Of a DNA stretch of 64,000 nt, positions 1 to 8,980 are shown piece by piece; positions within the stretch are counted from its first letter, which is position 1; each line of letters starts with the position of its first letter. The notes under the pieces were generated by a model. That model did not search any database, was not told the origin of the DNA, and saw only the letters and a program-made list of their open reading frames with translations. Source of the stretch: an uncultured Acetatifactor sp. (GTDB taxonomy: Bacteria; Bacillota; Clostridia; Lachnospirales; Lachnospiraceae); the NCBI GenBank assembly GCA_910586775.1, contig CAJUJN010000006.1, positions 26,344 to 90,343 on the forward strand. The letters run 5' to 3'. The position numbers were made by a program, and so were the translations under genes.

Positions 1-11
1 GTAGCGTCCGG

Positions 12-50
12 GCGGATGCTGTTTTCCAGTTCCGCATCCGCATCTTTTTT
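12..50 (+). terminator. Rho-independent terminator for a plus-strand gene ending upstream of the window
   Basis: GCGGATGC (12-19) pairs with GCATCCGC (34-41) and is followed by ATCTTTTTT. Confidence 0.55.
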
Positions 51-116
51 GTGTTATTTCGACAGTTTATATATCAGAAATATCATATCCTACAAAATCT
101 CATTAGTCAATAGTCT

Positions 117-1283
117 TTAATCCACTCTGTACTGTTCCACCATGCTCATGACTTCGGACGCAAATTCCGGATATTTCTCCGCGATGTCCATGATTTCTTT
201 TCGCGCTGTCTCCGCCACGTCATTGTTATAGTCCATCTGTTTCCGAAGAGCCTGTCTGCGAAGGATAAGGTCATGACGTATTTCCACCATCTCCCGCTTA
301 TCCAGAAGCGCCGCCGGCTGCCCCAGCCACCTTTCCGGACTGGAAATCCGATAACGCGACAGTTCATAAACCAGCTGCTTCCGGTAATATTCCGCCTTCG
401 ATTCCGCTTCCGCGAACTCCCTTCTCTCCTCTTTTTCCTTCTGGTACTTCTTCCAGAGTCTGTCAAGCGCGGCGGCACTCTCCGTATTGTACTTCATGCA
501 GAGATAATCCGTCAGATTCCGATTGTTCACATACCGGATCTTCACCTTGTTCTGAAGCTGGATCAGCTTATTGATGTCTACTTCCACCCGGCGCAGTTCA
601 TTGTCTCCGTCCGTATATTTCACCCAACTGACCGTTACGGCAAGCGCCACCACTGCTCCTGCCAACAGGTACCCCAGCTTCGTATCCATCTGAAAGACGA
701 ACTGCAGTACCAGAAGCATCACAAGGCACATGACAAAAGCTGTCACGAAAATGATTGACATCCCCCGCAGATTATTCAGGATGGCCTCCAGCTCCTGCCT
801 GCGGAACTCGTAAGCATGGCGCTCCATATCCAGCCTTTTCAGATCATGCCTGACCTTCTCGCCGTATTCTTCGCATTCCTTCAGCTTGGCAATACCTTCC
901 TGGACATCTGTCTCCTGCTCCCGCAGACGGTAGTAGTCCACATCCGTCATCCGATTCTTCTTCCCGCGGTATTTATCTCCCTCCTGCTCCATGGCAACCA
1001 GTCTGCCTGCAATGCCGTTCAGCTCCACCCGCTCACTGTCCGGAAGCGCTTCTATCTCTTCCATATCTGTCAGATAAGAAGTAATCAGAGAATACTCTCC
1101 TGTCAGAAGGTTCAGCTCTCTGGAAGCCTCTCCCATCTGTTCCAGACATCCTGTCACATACCGATTCCGCTGCGCATCATCCCTGAAATCCACATGATCC
1201 CGCTCATAGACCACATTTTCCCAGTCGTCAGTGCCGATTTCACGCTGTTTTCTTTTACTGAATAAATTTTTTAAAAATCCCAT
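117..1283 (-). CDS. Bitopic membrane protein with long coiled-coil regions on both sides of two central TM helices; function unknown; last gene of the four-gene cassette
   Basis: 388-aa ORF. Hydrophobic helices are MSIIFVTAFVMCLVMLLVLQFVF and LGYLLAGAVVALAVTVSWV. They are flanked by charged heptad-like E/K/R-rich segments. The start lies 47 nt downstream of the preceding gene. Confidence 0.75.
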   Translation of the reverse strand: MGFLKNLFSKRKQREIGTDDWENVVYERDHVDFRDDAQRNRYVTGCLEQMGEASRELNLLTGEYSLITSYLTDMEEIEALPDSERVELNGIAGRLVAMEQEGDKYRGKKNRMTDVDYYRLREQETDVQEGIAKLKECEEYGEKVRHDLKRLDMERHAYEFRRQELEAILNNLRGMSIIFVTAFVMCLVMLLVLQFVFQMDTKLGYLLAGAVVALAVTVSWVKYTDGDNELRRVEVDINKLIQLQNKVKIRYVNNRNLTDYLCMKYNTESAAALDRLWKKYQKEKEERREFAEAESKAEYYRKQLVYELSRYRISSPERWLGQPAALLDKREMVEIRHDLILRRQALRKQMDYNNDVAETARKEIMDIAEKYPEFASEVMSMVEQYRVD

Positions 1284-1330
1284 TCACCCTTGCTCCTTCT
1301 CGCATCCGCCGACCGATTGCTGCCAGACAT

Positions 1331-2173
1331 TCAGCTGCATCGGTAGCTGTCTTTCAGAGCCTGCACCAGACGCTCATTTTCCTCGTTATACTTCTGACGG
1401 TCACGGCTTTTCAAATCTCTCCGGTTATACAGCTGCAGATAGTCAGGGTGCTTTTCCCATTCTTCCGCCGCCTCCCTGTATTTCTTCTCCAGTTCCTGCG
1501 TCTGTGGGTACCACTCCGTACACCCCGCCGCAAAATCCACATACGCTTTTTCGGAAAGCCGCATTCTCTTTGCCGCCAGATAATCCACGCAATACGCTTC
1601 GTCCCCGCTCAATTCATAAGCCTGCCGAAAGCATTCCGCGGCACTTTCATAAAGCATCAGCCCCGCATAGGCCACACCTTTATTATGCCATATTTCTGCC
1701 TGAAAATCCGATGCCGGCTTTGCCGCGCCCTCTGATTCCTGTGCCTGCCACTTTTGCAGTAACTCGTCATATCCTCTCAAAGCCGGCCTGTATTTTTTCT
1801 TTCGGACCAGATAGTCTACCTGATTCTTGCGCTTTTCAATGCCGCTCAGACCGGCTCCCTTTTTAAGCGCCTGCTCGGTCTCCTGTATGGCCTCCTCACC
1901 ACAGAATCCCACATAGCGTAGAATTGCTACCACAAACTCGCTCAACTGGCCGCGCCTGTGCACCAACGGGTGAAGCCTGTCCGCCAGCTCCCCCAACCCG
2001 CACTCCCGCTCAATCCAGTCCAGCAGTCCGTCATCCAGGAGCGATAAATCCAACAGGAACGCATTCTCCTTCATACAGTAACACAGTTCCTCCATGCTGA
2101 AGACATTCATCTCCAGTCCCGGAATCCGATATGGCTCTTTTGCATAATTCCCCACACAGACACTGACTCGCAT
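1331..2173 (-). CDS. Soluble helical / TPR-like protein of unknown function (cassette gene 3)
   Basis: 280-aa ORF. A TPR-like segment reads AEIWHNKGVAYAGLMLYESAAECFRQAYELSGDEAY. The start lies 25 nt after the upstream gene stop. Confidence 0.7.
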   Translation of the reverse strand: MRVSVCVGNYAKEPYRIPGLEMNVFSMEELCYCMKENAFLLDLSLLDDGLLDWIERECGLGELADRLHPLVHRRGQLSEFVVAILRYVGFCGEEAIQETEQALKKGAGLSGIEKRKNQVDYLVRKKKYRPALRGYDELLQKWQAQESEGAAKPASDFQAEIWHNKGVAYAGLMLYESAAECFRQAYELSGDEAYCVDYLAAKRMRLSEKAYVDFAAGCTEWYPQTQELEKKYREAAEEWEKHPDYLQLYNRRDLKSRDRQKYNEENERLVQALKDSYRCS

Positions 2174-2198
2174 CCTTTGTTTACCCCCATCCGTCCAT

Positions 2199-3461
2199 TT
2201 ACTGCTCTATCTCTATTTCGTCTTTCCATGTACGTCCGGACGCTGCTCTGAATTCTCCAAAGCCAAGATCCTCCGCCTCCACTACCAGACAATGCTCCGT
2301 CTTCATAAAGAAGTGCAGCTTCAGCCTGGCTACTCCTTCCGATAATCCCTCAAGAACCACCCGAACCATCACGCCTTCTTTTCCGGAACCCTTTCCTGCC
2401 TTTGTGTTGCTCCTGATCAGAGGAAGCACCGTAAGCACAATCTCGTTGCCGTCCTGCAGATACACCTCCAACGTCCGCTCGGCCTCATACCAGCTGATGC
2501 CTGCATCCAGAAGCGCATAGTAAGATTCCTCGCCGTTGCGAAGAATCTGCATGCCGATATTGGCCTTCAGCTTTTCATTCCCCAGAAAAACATGGGCTTT
2601 CCCCAGCTCGCCGGGAGCGATTTTCTCCTGCATTGCACAGCACGCGCCCTTGCTGAACAGATTATTCCCCTGAAATACTCTCCTTCCCCTGCACAGAAAG
2701 CGAAGGGACTCCTTCATCCAGTCTCCCTGGAAGCCGTCCCCGATCAGAAAGATGCTTCCGATAAGCCCTTTTCCGCAGGCCTCCTCCACGATCTCCAGCA
2801 ACGCCTCGTCCCGTACCTCCGGAAATGCATACTCCTTCTCCTCCATAAATACCACAATGGGCGTAGTCCGCTTATTCGCCTCCATCCGATATACCCTGAT
2901 ACTGTCCTGTCTGTAATGAAAGAGCAGGGAAGGATACGTCCAAAGTTCCTTCGGCTGCCGAAGCATATAGCTGTAATAACTCTCCGCATGCCCCTGGAAA
3001 GAAACCCTGTCAACCTTAAGCCTGCTCCCTTCCACCACCTGTCCCAGCACTTCCAGAAGCTTTTTATCAATTACGGGACAGGTGACCGTCAGCGCTGAAA
3101 GCTTCTCGCCTGTCTGGGAAAGCTGTCCCAGGCTCCGTCTGAAAAACAATGCCAGCAACGCTATCGGGTCATAGCTTTCCCCTTCCACTACTACCGGTTC
3201 CCCGTCCAATGCCATATTCAGAAGGTTCTCCACCAGAATACCTTCCTGTCTGTCAGCCGCCCGCAACGCCTCCCTGCCGTAAAACCACTGGTTTACTCCA
3301 TGCCGCTTGCAGAGTACGGTCGGTATATGATATTTCTGCTCCCCTGCCACCTGGGAAATGGTCTCTGCCTCCCCGCTTACGGAGAGTGCAAAGCTGATCT
3401 GGCTGACTTCATTTCCCAAATCGTATCCGGCAATCAATTTCGCACCGTTCAGAAATCCCAT
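2199..3461 (-). CDS. Divergent Hsp70/actin-fold (ASKHA-like) protein, possibly the family annotated DUF5716 (from memory, unverified)
   Basis: 420-aa ORF. The N-terminal IAGYDLGNEVSQIS resembles the Hsp70 phosphate-1 motif IGIDLGTTNS. IFLIGDGFQGDW resembles the adenosine motif LVGGSTRIP. An RBS GGGGAAGG precedes the ATG. Confidence 0.7.
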   Translation of the reverse strand: MGFLNGAKLIAGYDLGNEVSQISFALSVSGEAETISQVAGEQKYHIPTVLCKRHGVNQWFYGREALRAADRQEGILVENLLNMALDGEPVVVEGESYDPIALLALFFRRSLGQLSQTGEKLSALTVTCPVIDKKLLEVLGQVVEGSRLKVDRVSFQGHAESYYSYMLRQPKELWTYPSLLFHYRQDSIRVYRMEANKRTTPIVVFMEEKEYAFPEVRDEALLEIVEEACGKGLIGSIFLIGDGFQGDWMKESLRFLCRGRRVFQGNNLFSKGACCAMQEKIAPGELGKAHVFLGNEKLKANIGMQILRNGEESYYALLDAGISWYEAERTLEVYLQDGNEIVLTVLPLIRSNTKAGKGSGKEGVMVRVVLEGLSEGVARLKLHFFMKTEHCLVVEAEDLGFGEFRAASGRTWKDEIEIEQ

Positions 3462-3477
3462 ACTGCTACCTTCCCCT

Positions 3478-6400
3478 CTACTTTAGTACAAACAATCTGC
3501 TGTTCAGGAAATCTCTCTTATAGTATTCCTCCAGCAGGTTATCCATGGTATTACAATCCTGCAGCGACCTGGCCATAGCGATATCATTGAGCAGACGGTA
3601 CCTGCTGTCCTCTTCCTCGCCGGCACCGTCTCCCTTCTGAATCGTACTGCTCTCCGTCACCTGCGTATTCCCGTCTTTTTCCTCTGTGATATAGTACTGG
3701 AGGCTCTCTCCGAAAAAGAGGATGAAGTCTTTAAAGAACACCCCTCCGTAAGCCTCTCGCATATATTCTGACCGGTATCCGTCAGTCTCCCCGTTCTCGT
3801 TGAGAATCGTATAATGAATGCACGCCCTCGTCCCGGGAGCAGTGCGATATTCGATGATGGTCTTGTCCGCCAGTTCCTCCTGCAGAGACTGACACTCTCT
3901 GAATTTCCTGAAAAATTCCAGGTAAATCCCCTCCGATATCATTTCACCCAACAGTTTTACGGCAGTTGCGGCCGTCTCTTCGTCCATTTCATCACGGTTT
4001 TCCGAGAAATATTTCAGAAAAGCCAACTTGCAGACCTTCTGTACCGGTTCTCCGCGGGAATCCATGTAACGGATTTCCCGGAAGACTTCTCTCTCCATCA
4101 CCCGCTCTCCCACAAAACAGTCATATGCACACTGGGCCAGGAATGCTTCTTCCACCTCTACCTTCGCGCCCTGAGAGATATAGTATAGGAAAATCTCCAT
4201 CCGCTCTCCCACAAATGCGCCTGAATACAGCATCTGCACCAGAATTCTCTCGCTGAGGTCATAACAGTCCCTGCCGAAAGCCCTGGCCGCCTTCCAGATA
4301 TCCCGCATGTTCCTGGTCATCCCCTGATAGTACATGCTCAGATACTCCAGAACCATATCATCATATTTTCCCCGCTGAAATGCATACATTGCGGCAGCCG
4401 TCATCAGAGCATCCTCCGCCATCCCGCTTTCTTCCAGCAAAACCCGCAGTAGCCGCACCAATATCTTTGCATCCGCAAAATAAGGCCCATATGTTCGAAT
4501 CCATTGGCCCGCCAGCCTGTGGTTTCCGCGCAGCACCATGTACTTCAATACAGTATCTTTTTCCGCAGAGTCCAGTGCCTCTGCCGGAACCGCCTCCAGA
4601 TGTCTGTCCAATGTCTCCATCTCGTCCGCTTCGTAATAAAACTGCAGAAGCCGCATATACATATCCTTTTTCACGGATGCATCGGCATAATCGGACACAA
4701 GTACCCGCAGTTCCCGTCTTGCCAGATCGACAGGCTCCTCCCTGCACACACTTTCATTGTCGCACAGATAGAGCTCCAGTCCCGGCTCCACCTGTTCGAA
4801 CGGCAGAAGCCACCGAAGGAATTTCCCCGGTATCATCAGCTTCTCCATGGTATACTCCACGCTTTTGACAAAGCGGTTGCCTGCCGCATCCTCAAACACA
4901 ATGGTATATCTGCTGCCGTAAAGCGCCACCCATGTCCGTTTTTCCGTTAATATATATTCGTCAGGATGTCTGTTTCCAGGTTGGTACACATACACCTTCC
5001 GCAGACTCTCATCCTCCACTTTGATCAAATGGGCAAACAGAAGCTTCGAAAGCTGCCAACAGCCCGACCCGTCCACCATATCCTGCCGCAGCACTCCCTG
5101 ATACAGATTTGCCAGGTGCCTGTCGATACGTCCCTTTCCGATCTGCTCCCGGACAAAGGCCTCTATCCTGAGCCGGTAAGCCTCATAAATATCCCCGTAC
5201 TTATCCTTGTGCTGCCATATGTAGTCATAAAGGAAGGCGCTGCGGACATAGTCGAGATTGTTCTGGTAGGAAAAATATTTCAGCACCGATTTGGGCAGTT
5301 CCTCCGCCCTATCCGGGTCCAGTGACAGGAAGAAATGCTCATACAGATTGGCAATCCGCAGCTGATTCTCCACCCCTGCCCTGTACCAGTCGAGATACCC
5401 CTTTCCCGCCTTGCCCCCCTTGACCAGCAAAGTACAGATTTCCTGCAGAAGCTGTATGTCTTTTTTCTTTCCGTACAGCCTGCTCATCGTCTGAAACAGC
5501 AGCTCCGAATACTCTTTCACCTTGCTGACCAGATAGAGCATCTGGTCCACTGCCTCCCGCTTCAGACCCCCCTGTCTGGAACCATAGCTTAATATCTGCC
5601 GCTCAAAGCTTCCCAGCTTCCTCAGCAGAGCAGGATTCCCGTTTATCATGGAAAGGGCCTCTATATACAGCACAGGACTTGTACAGCCCCGGGAGTACAG
5701 CCTCTCCAAAAGCCCCCATTTGTCCCTGTCCGAGCCGCGATAATCCCGCGACAGATACAGAAGCAGCCACGCCACCCGCCAGTTCGCGGGGTCCCGGCGA
5801 AATATATGCCCCACGTCTTCCGCCACCTTGTCCACATATTCCTCGTCTCCGTGGATCAGGGTAGTCAGATAGAGATAATATGCCAGAAGGGTATCGTCCG
5901 TCTGCCCGTTTTCGAACAGATCGGATACATGGTCCAACAGCCAGTTCGCCTCCTGGTACCTTTCCTCCGTAATCAGCAGCTGTGCCTGGAACAGACGAAA
6001 GCCGATGTCATTCTCGTCCATGGCCACCAACTGTTCCACCAGCCTGCCCGTCTCCTTCAGCCATGCGCTCGTCCCGATCTTACGCAGTCTGAAATCCTGA
6101 TATGACTTCATCAGCCGGACAATGCACCTCTTCCTGTCCGCATCCGGCCTGCCGTAAAAATATCCCCTGCCGTAACGCACTGTCACCGGAATCCTCAGCT
6201 CCGTATAGGCATTGTACAGGCGAATCTCTCCCATATTCTGCCCGCCATGGCAAGTACTTCCGTCAAAAAACACCTGAAGACCGCATCGGTTATCCTGAAA
6301 ATCTTCTTCCGTCAGGATTTCCCGCTCCGTATAGAAAAAGTCCCCTCTGCATTCCACACAGAGCATCGTAAAACCCCAGCCGTTTCGCAGGACATTCAGC

Positions 6401-7053
6401 TCCTGCTTCAGCACTGCGCCGCTGCTTTCCATTTCCACCTGCAGGGAATCCTGTTCCGTCAGGAACTCTATCCTCTGCTTCTTATTAGCCTGTATCAGGA
6501 ATTCCTCTACATGCTGTCCGCTTCCCTCATAAACCGAAAGCGCCCTGTAGTCCTGCCTGTATCCCGCATCGCTTCCCGAAAAAATCTGCTCAAATTCCGG
6601 GGTATAATATAACTGCACGGCTTCCTTCCAGTTGCTTTTCGCCAGATTTGCAAAATGGAACAGATTTCGGATACTCCCTATGGAAGACTCCGGCACCGTG
6701 CGTGTCACCGATATCACAAAGGGAAGATAATACTCCCCCTGATTGCTGACAATGTCAAAAGTTCCTTTGACTACATCTCGTTCTTCAAGATTCTCCCCGT
6801 GAAAACGAAAAGAAATCTCCCCGTCAGAGCCGGAGAATTCCCCTGTCAGGCACTCCATCCGCCAGTCTGAAGAAAAAACGCTTCCATTGACAAACACCCC
6901 CTGCTGAGCATACACATGAAAGGTACCTTCGTAAATTTCTCCCTTCCTTATATTCAGCTCTATTTTTGCACAGGAAAATTCAAGAGAGCCATTCTCATAG
7001 TCGAATTTTCCCTCCAGTATCTGTTCGATTCTCTGCTGTTTTTGCTTCTGCAT
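3478..7053 (-). CDS. Giant (about 1191 aa) helical-repeat protein with N-terminal beta-sandwich-like module, possibly the family annotated DUF5717 (from memory, unverified)
   Basis: The ORF is open to a GTG at 7119 (1213 aa). I prefer the ATG at 7053 (MQKQKQQRIEQILEGKFDYENG), because a TTGACA-17-TATTTT promoter lies inside the longer version. No catalytic motifs were recognised. Confidence 0.75.
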   Translation of the reverse strand: MQKQKQQRIEQILEGKFDYENGSLEFSCAKIELNIRKGEIYEGTFHVYAQQGVFVNGSVFSSDWRMECLTGEFSGSDGEISFRFHGENLEERDVVKGTFDIVSNQGEYYLPFVISVTRTVPESSIGSIRNLFHFANLAKSNWKEAVQLYYTPEFEQIFSGSDAGYRQDYRALSVYEGSGQHVEEFLIQANKKQRIEFLTEQDSLQVEMESSGAVLKQELNVLRNGWGFTMLCVECRGDFFYTEREILTEEDFQDNRCGLQVFFDGSTCHGGQNMGEIRLYNAYTELRIPVTVRYGRGYFYGRPDADRKRCIVRLMKSYQDFRLRKIGTSAWLKETGRLVEQLVAMDENDIGFRLFQAQLLITEERYQEANWLLDHVSDLFENGQTDDTLLAYYLYLTTLIHGDEEYVDKVAEDVGHIFRRDPANWRVAWLLLYLSRDYRGSDRDKWGLLERLYSRGCTSPVLYIEALSMINGNPALLRKLGSFERQILSYGSRQGGLKREAVDQMLYLVSKVKEYSELLFQTMSRLYGKKKDIQLLQEICTLLVKGGKAGKGYLDWYRAGVENQLRIANLYEHFFLSLDPDRAEELPKSVLKYFSYQNNLDYVRSAFLYDYIWQHKDKYGDIYEAYRLRIEAFVREQIGKGRIDRHLANLYQGVLRQDMVDGSGCWQLSKLLFAHLIKVEDESLRKVYVYQPGNRHPDEYILTEKRTWVALYGSRYTIVFEDAAGNRFVKSVEYTMEKLMIPGKFLRWLLPFEQVEPGLELYLCDNESVCREEPVDLARRELRVLVSDYADASVKKDMYMRLLQFYYEADEMETLDRHLEAVPAEALDSAEKDTVLKYMVLRGNHRLAGQWIRTYGPYFADAKILVRLLRVLLEESGMAEDALMTAAAMYAFQRGKYDDMVLEYLSMYYQGMTRNMRDIWKAARAFGRDCYDLSERILVQMLYSGAFVGERMEIFLYYISQGAKVEVEEAFLAQCAYDCFVGERVMEREVFREIRYMDSRGEPVQKVCKLAFLKYFSENRDEMDEETAATAVKLLGEMISEGIYLEFFRKFRECQSLQEELADKTIIEYRTAPGTRACIHYTILNENGETDGYRSEYMREAYGGVFFKDFILFFGESLQYYITEEKDGNTQVTESSTIQKGDGAGEEEDSRYRLLNDIAMARSLQDCNTMDNLLEEYYKRDFLNSRLFVLK

Positions 7054-7109
7054 TTTCTTCACCCGTTTCTGCTTCTGAATAGCCTGCTCCTGCCACGGAA
7101 CAATTATAG

Positions 7110-7138
7110 AAAATAGCACATCCGTTCTTATTTGTCAA
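7110..7138 (-). promoter_or_regulatory. Candidate sigma-A promoter of the four-gene cassette
   Basis: On the minus strand: TTGACA (7138-7133), a 17-nt spacer, then TATTTT (7115-7110). It sits in the 38-104 nt gap after the ABC permease gene. Confidence 0.3.
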
Positions 7139-7157
7139 GTCGTGCCCGCAGCCTGTG

Positions 7158-7997
7158 TCAATCCATATTCAGCTTATTACTCGTCACATACCATGATACA
7201 AAGTAAAGGCACACGGCAATCAACAGCTTGATGAGGAAGTTGGAATGAGCCGACCTGCCCACATATGTGCCGAAGCTGGACAGGCTGCTGAATGTCACAA
7301 AGCTGCGGATTATGGAAGAAAGGAGCGATTCCGCTATCATGATGCCGATATAACTCAGTATTGCCATCAGCACCCGGTGCCTCGAAGCCAGCTGTCCGAT
7401 GGAAATCGCGCCAAACAGTGTGGTCAACGTTATAAAAGGCGAAATCAGGGAAGTGATAATCGCCGTTACAAACCATACATCGAACTCAATCCCCAACTCC
7501 AGCCCTGCCATCCGGAATAAGTCTCCCGCTCCCTCGCTGAACCCCTGCCAAAATTCCAGGAACGTATACTGATCCGGCACAATGGCCCAGGCCATGGCAA
7601 ACCCCAGCAGGAATATGGACAGATACATGGAAAAGACAACGATCAGAACCCACAGGCTGCCCACTAAAATCTTGCTGATCAGTATCTCGTGTTTCGTCAC
7701 CGGCAGCGTATGAAGCAGATATCCCTCGTCCGTATACATGGTTTTGTAAAAATGAACTCCGATATATACCAGAATACCGACATTTACCACCACTAACAAT
7801 ATCACATACATGACCAGCGTAAACGCCCCGAAGATATCCAGCCAGCTGAAACGGCTCCCTCCCTCTCCCATCGACCTCCACATGGGTGTCTGGAACGACA
7901 GCCAGCCAAAAAAGGTAATCAGAGCCATGGCTATCAGCATCAGGCACCCTGTCTTATAAGTACTCTTCCATTCGTGTTTGATCAGCTTGCCTAACAT
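7158..7997 (-). CDS. ABC-2 type transporter permease
   Basis: 279-aa polytopic membrane ORF. It overlaps the upstream ATPase gene by 7 nt. Confidence 0.8.
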   Translation of the reverse strand: MLGKLIKHEWKSTYKTGCLMLIAMALITFFGWLSFQTPMWRSMGEGGSRFSWLDIFGAFTLVMYVILLVVVNVGILVYIGVHFYKTMYTDEGYLLHTLPVTKHEILISKILVGSLWVLIVVFSMYLSIFLLGFAMAWAIVPDQYTFLEFWQGFSEGAGDLFRMAGLELGIEFDVWFVTAIITSLISPFITLTTLFGAISIGQLASRHRVLMAILSYIGIMIAESLLSSIIRSFVTFSSLSSFGTYVGRSAHSNFLIKLLIAVCLYFVSWYVTSNKLNMD

Positions 7998-8692
7998 GCG
8001 AACACCTCCCTGAAATACGCGTCTACGGATTTTCCGTGCTGCTGTCTGATATTATCCGCAGAATTATAGAGCACCAGATAGCCGTACCGCATGAAAATAA
8101 CCTCGTCAAGCACCTGCTCGATATCCCCAATCAAATGGGTAGAGATCAGCACAGACGCTGCCGGATTGTAATTGTTGACGATTGTGCGCAGGATATAATC
8201 TCTGGCCGCGGGGTCCACCCCTGCAATGGGCTCATCCAGGATATAGAGATCCGCATTCCGGCTCATCACCAGGATCAGCTGCACCTTCTCCTTCGTTCCC
8301 TTTGACAGAGTACTCATCCTGGCAGTCGGCTCTATGCCCAGGCTCTGCAGCATCCCAATTGCCCTCTCCCTGGAAAAATCTGCGTAGAAATCACAGAAAT
8401 AATCCAGTATTTCGTTTATTTTTTTATTTCCCGCCAGGTAGGTCCTGTCGGGGAGATATGCCACCCTGGCCTTGGTTGCCACGCCCGGCTCCTGGCCGTT
8501 AATGCAGATGCTTCCCCTCGTGGGGGCCAGCAGCCCGTTCAGCATCTTAATCAGAGTGGTCTTGCCGCTGCCGTTGGGTCCCAAGAGACCTATAATCTTG
8601 CCTCTGGGCAGCTTCAGGCTGATATTGTTTACCGCTATATGACGTTCGTCGTAGGCTTTCGTCAGGCCGACGATTTCTACCAGTTCGCTCAT
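7991..8692 (-). CDS. ABC transporter ATP-binding protein
   Basis: Walker A GPNGSGKTT, signature LSKGTKEKV and Walker B LYILDEP. The ATG at 8692 is preceded by AGGAGG. The ORF-track start at 8719 would run through that RBS. Confidence 0.9.
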   Translation of the reverse strand: MSELVEIVGLTKAYDERHIAVNNISLKLPRGKIIGLLGPNGSGKTTLIKMLNGLLAPTRGSICINGQEPGVATKARVAYLPDRTYLAGNKKINEILDYFCDFYADFSRERAIGMLQSLGIEPTARMSTLSKGTKEKVQLILVMSRNADLYILDEPIAGVDPAARDYILRTIVNNYNPAASVLISTHLIGDIEQVLDEVIFMRYGYLVLYNSADNIRQQHGKSVDAYFREVFAC

Positions 8693-8821
8693 CTTTTTCC
8701 TCCTGTTCCGCTTCCGCACTTTCCCGTAAATCCTCCGGACACCGGGTGGGCAAGTGCTGTTTTCCGCTTCCGCACTTCCCCAGCCGCAACAATTCCTGGG
8801 CAGAAAATTTCCGGCACATTC

Positions 8822-8850
8822 AGTATACTATTAATGTGGGTGGATTTCAA
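8822..8850 (-). promoter_or_regulatory. Candidate sigma-A promoter of the ABC-2 transporter operon
   Basis: On the minus strand: TTGAAA (8850-8845), a 17-nt spacer, then TATACT (8827-8822). Confidence 0.45.
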
Positions 8851-8980
8851 GAAAAAAACAGGATTCCCCGGATTTTAGAGACATCTTTTTGACAGACAGC
8901 AGGACAGCGTAACCTCTTTGCCGGAAATGCATATATTAACATGACGAATCAATTGCACCCTATGCGTGCCCGAGGACATT

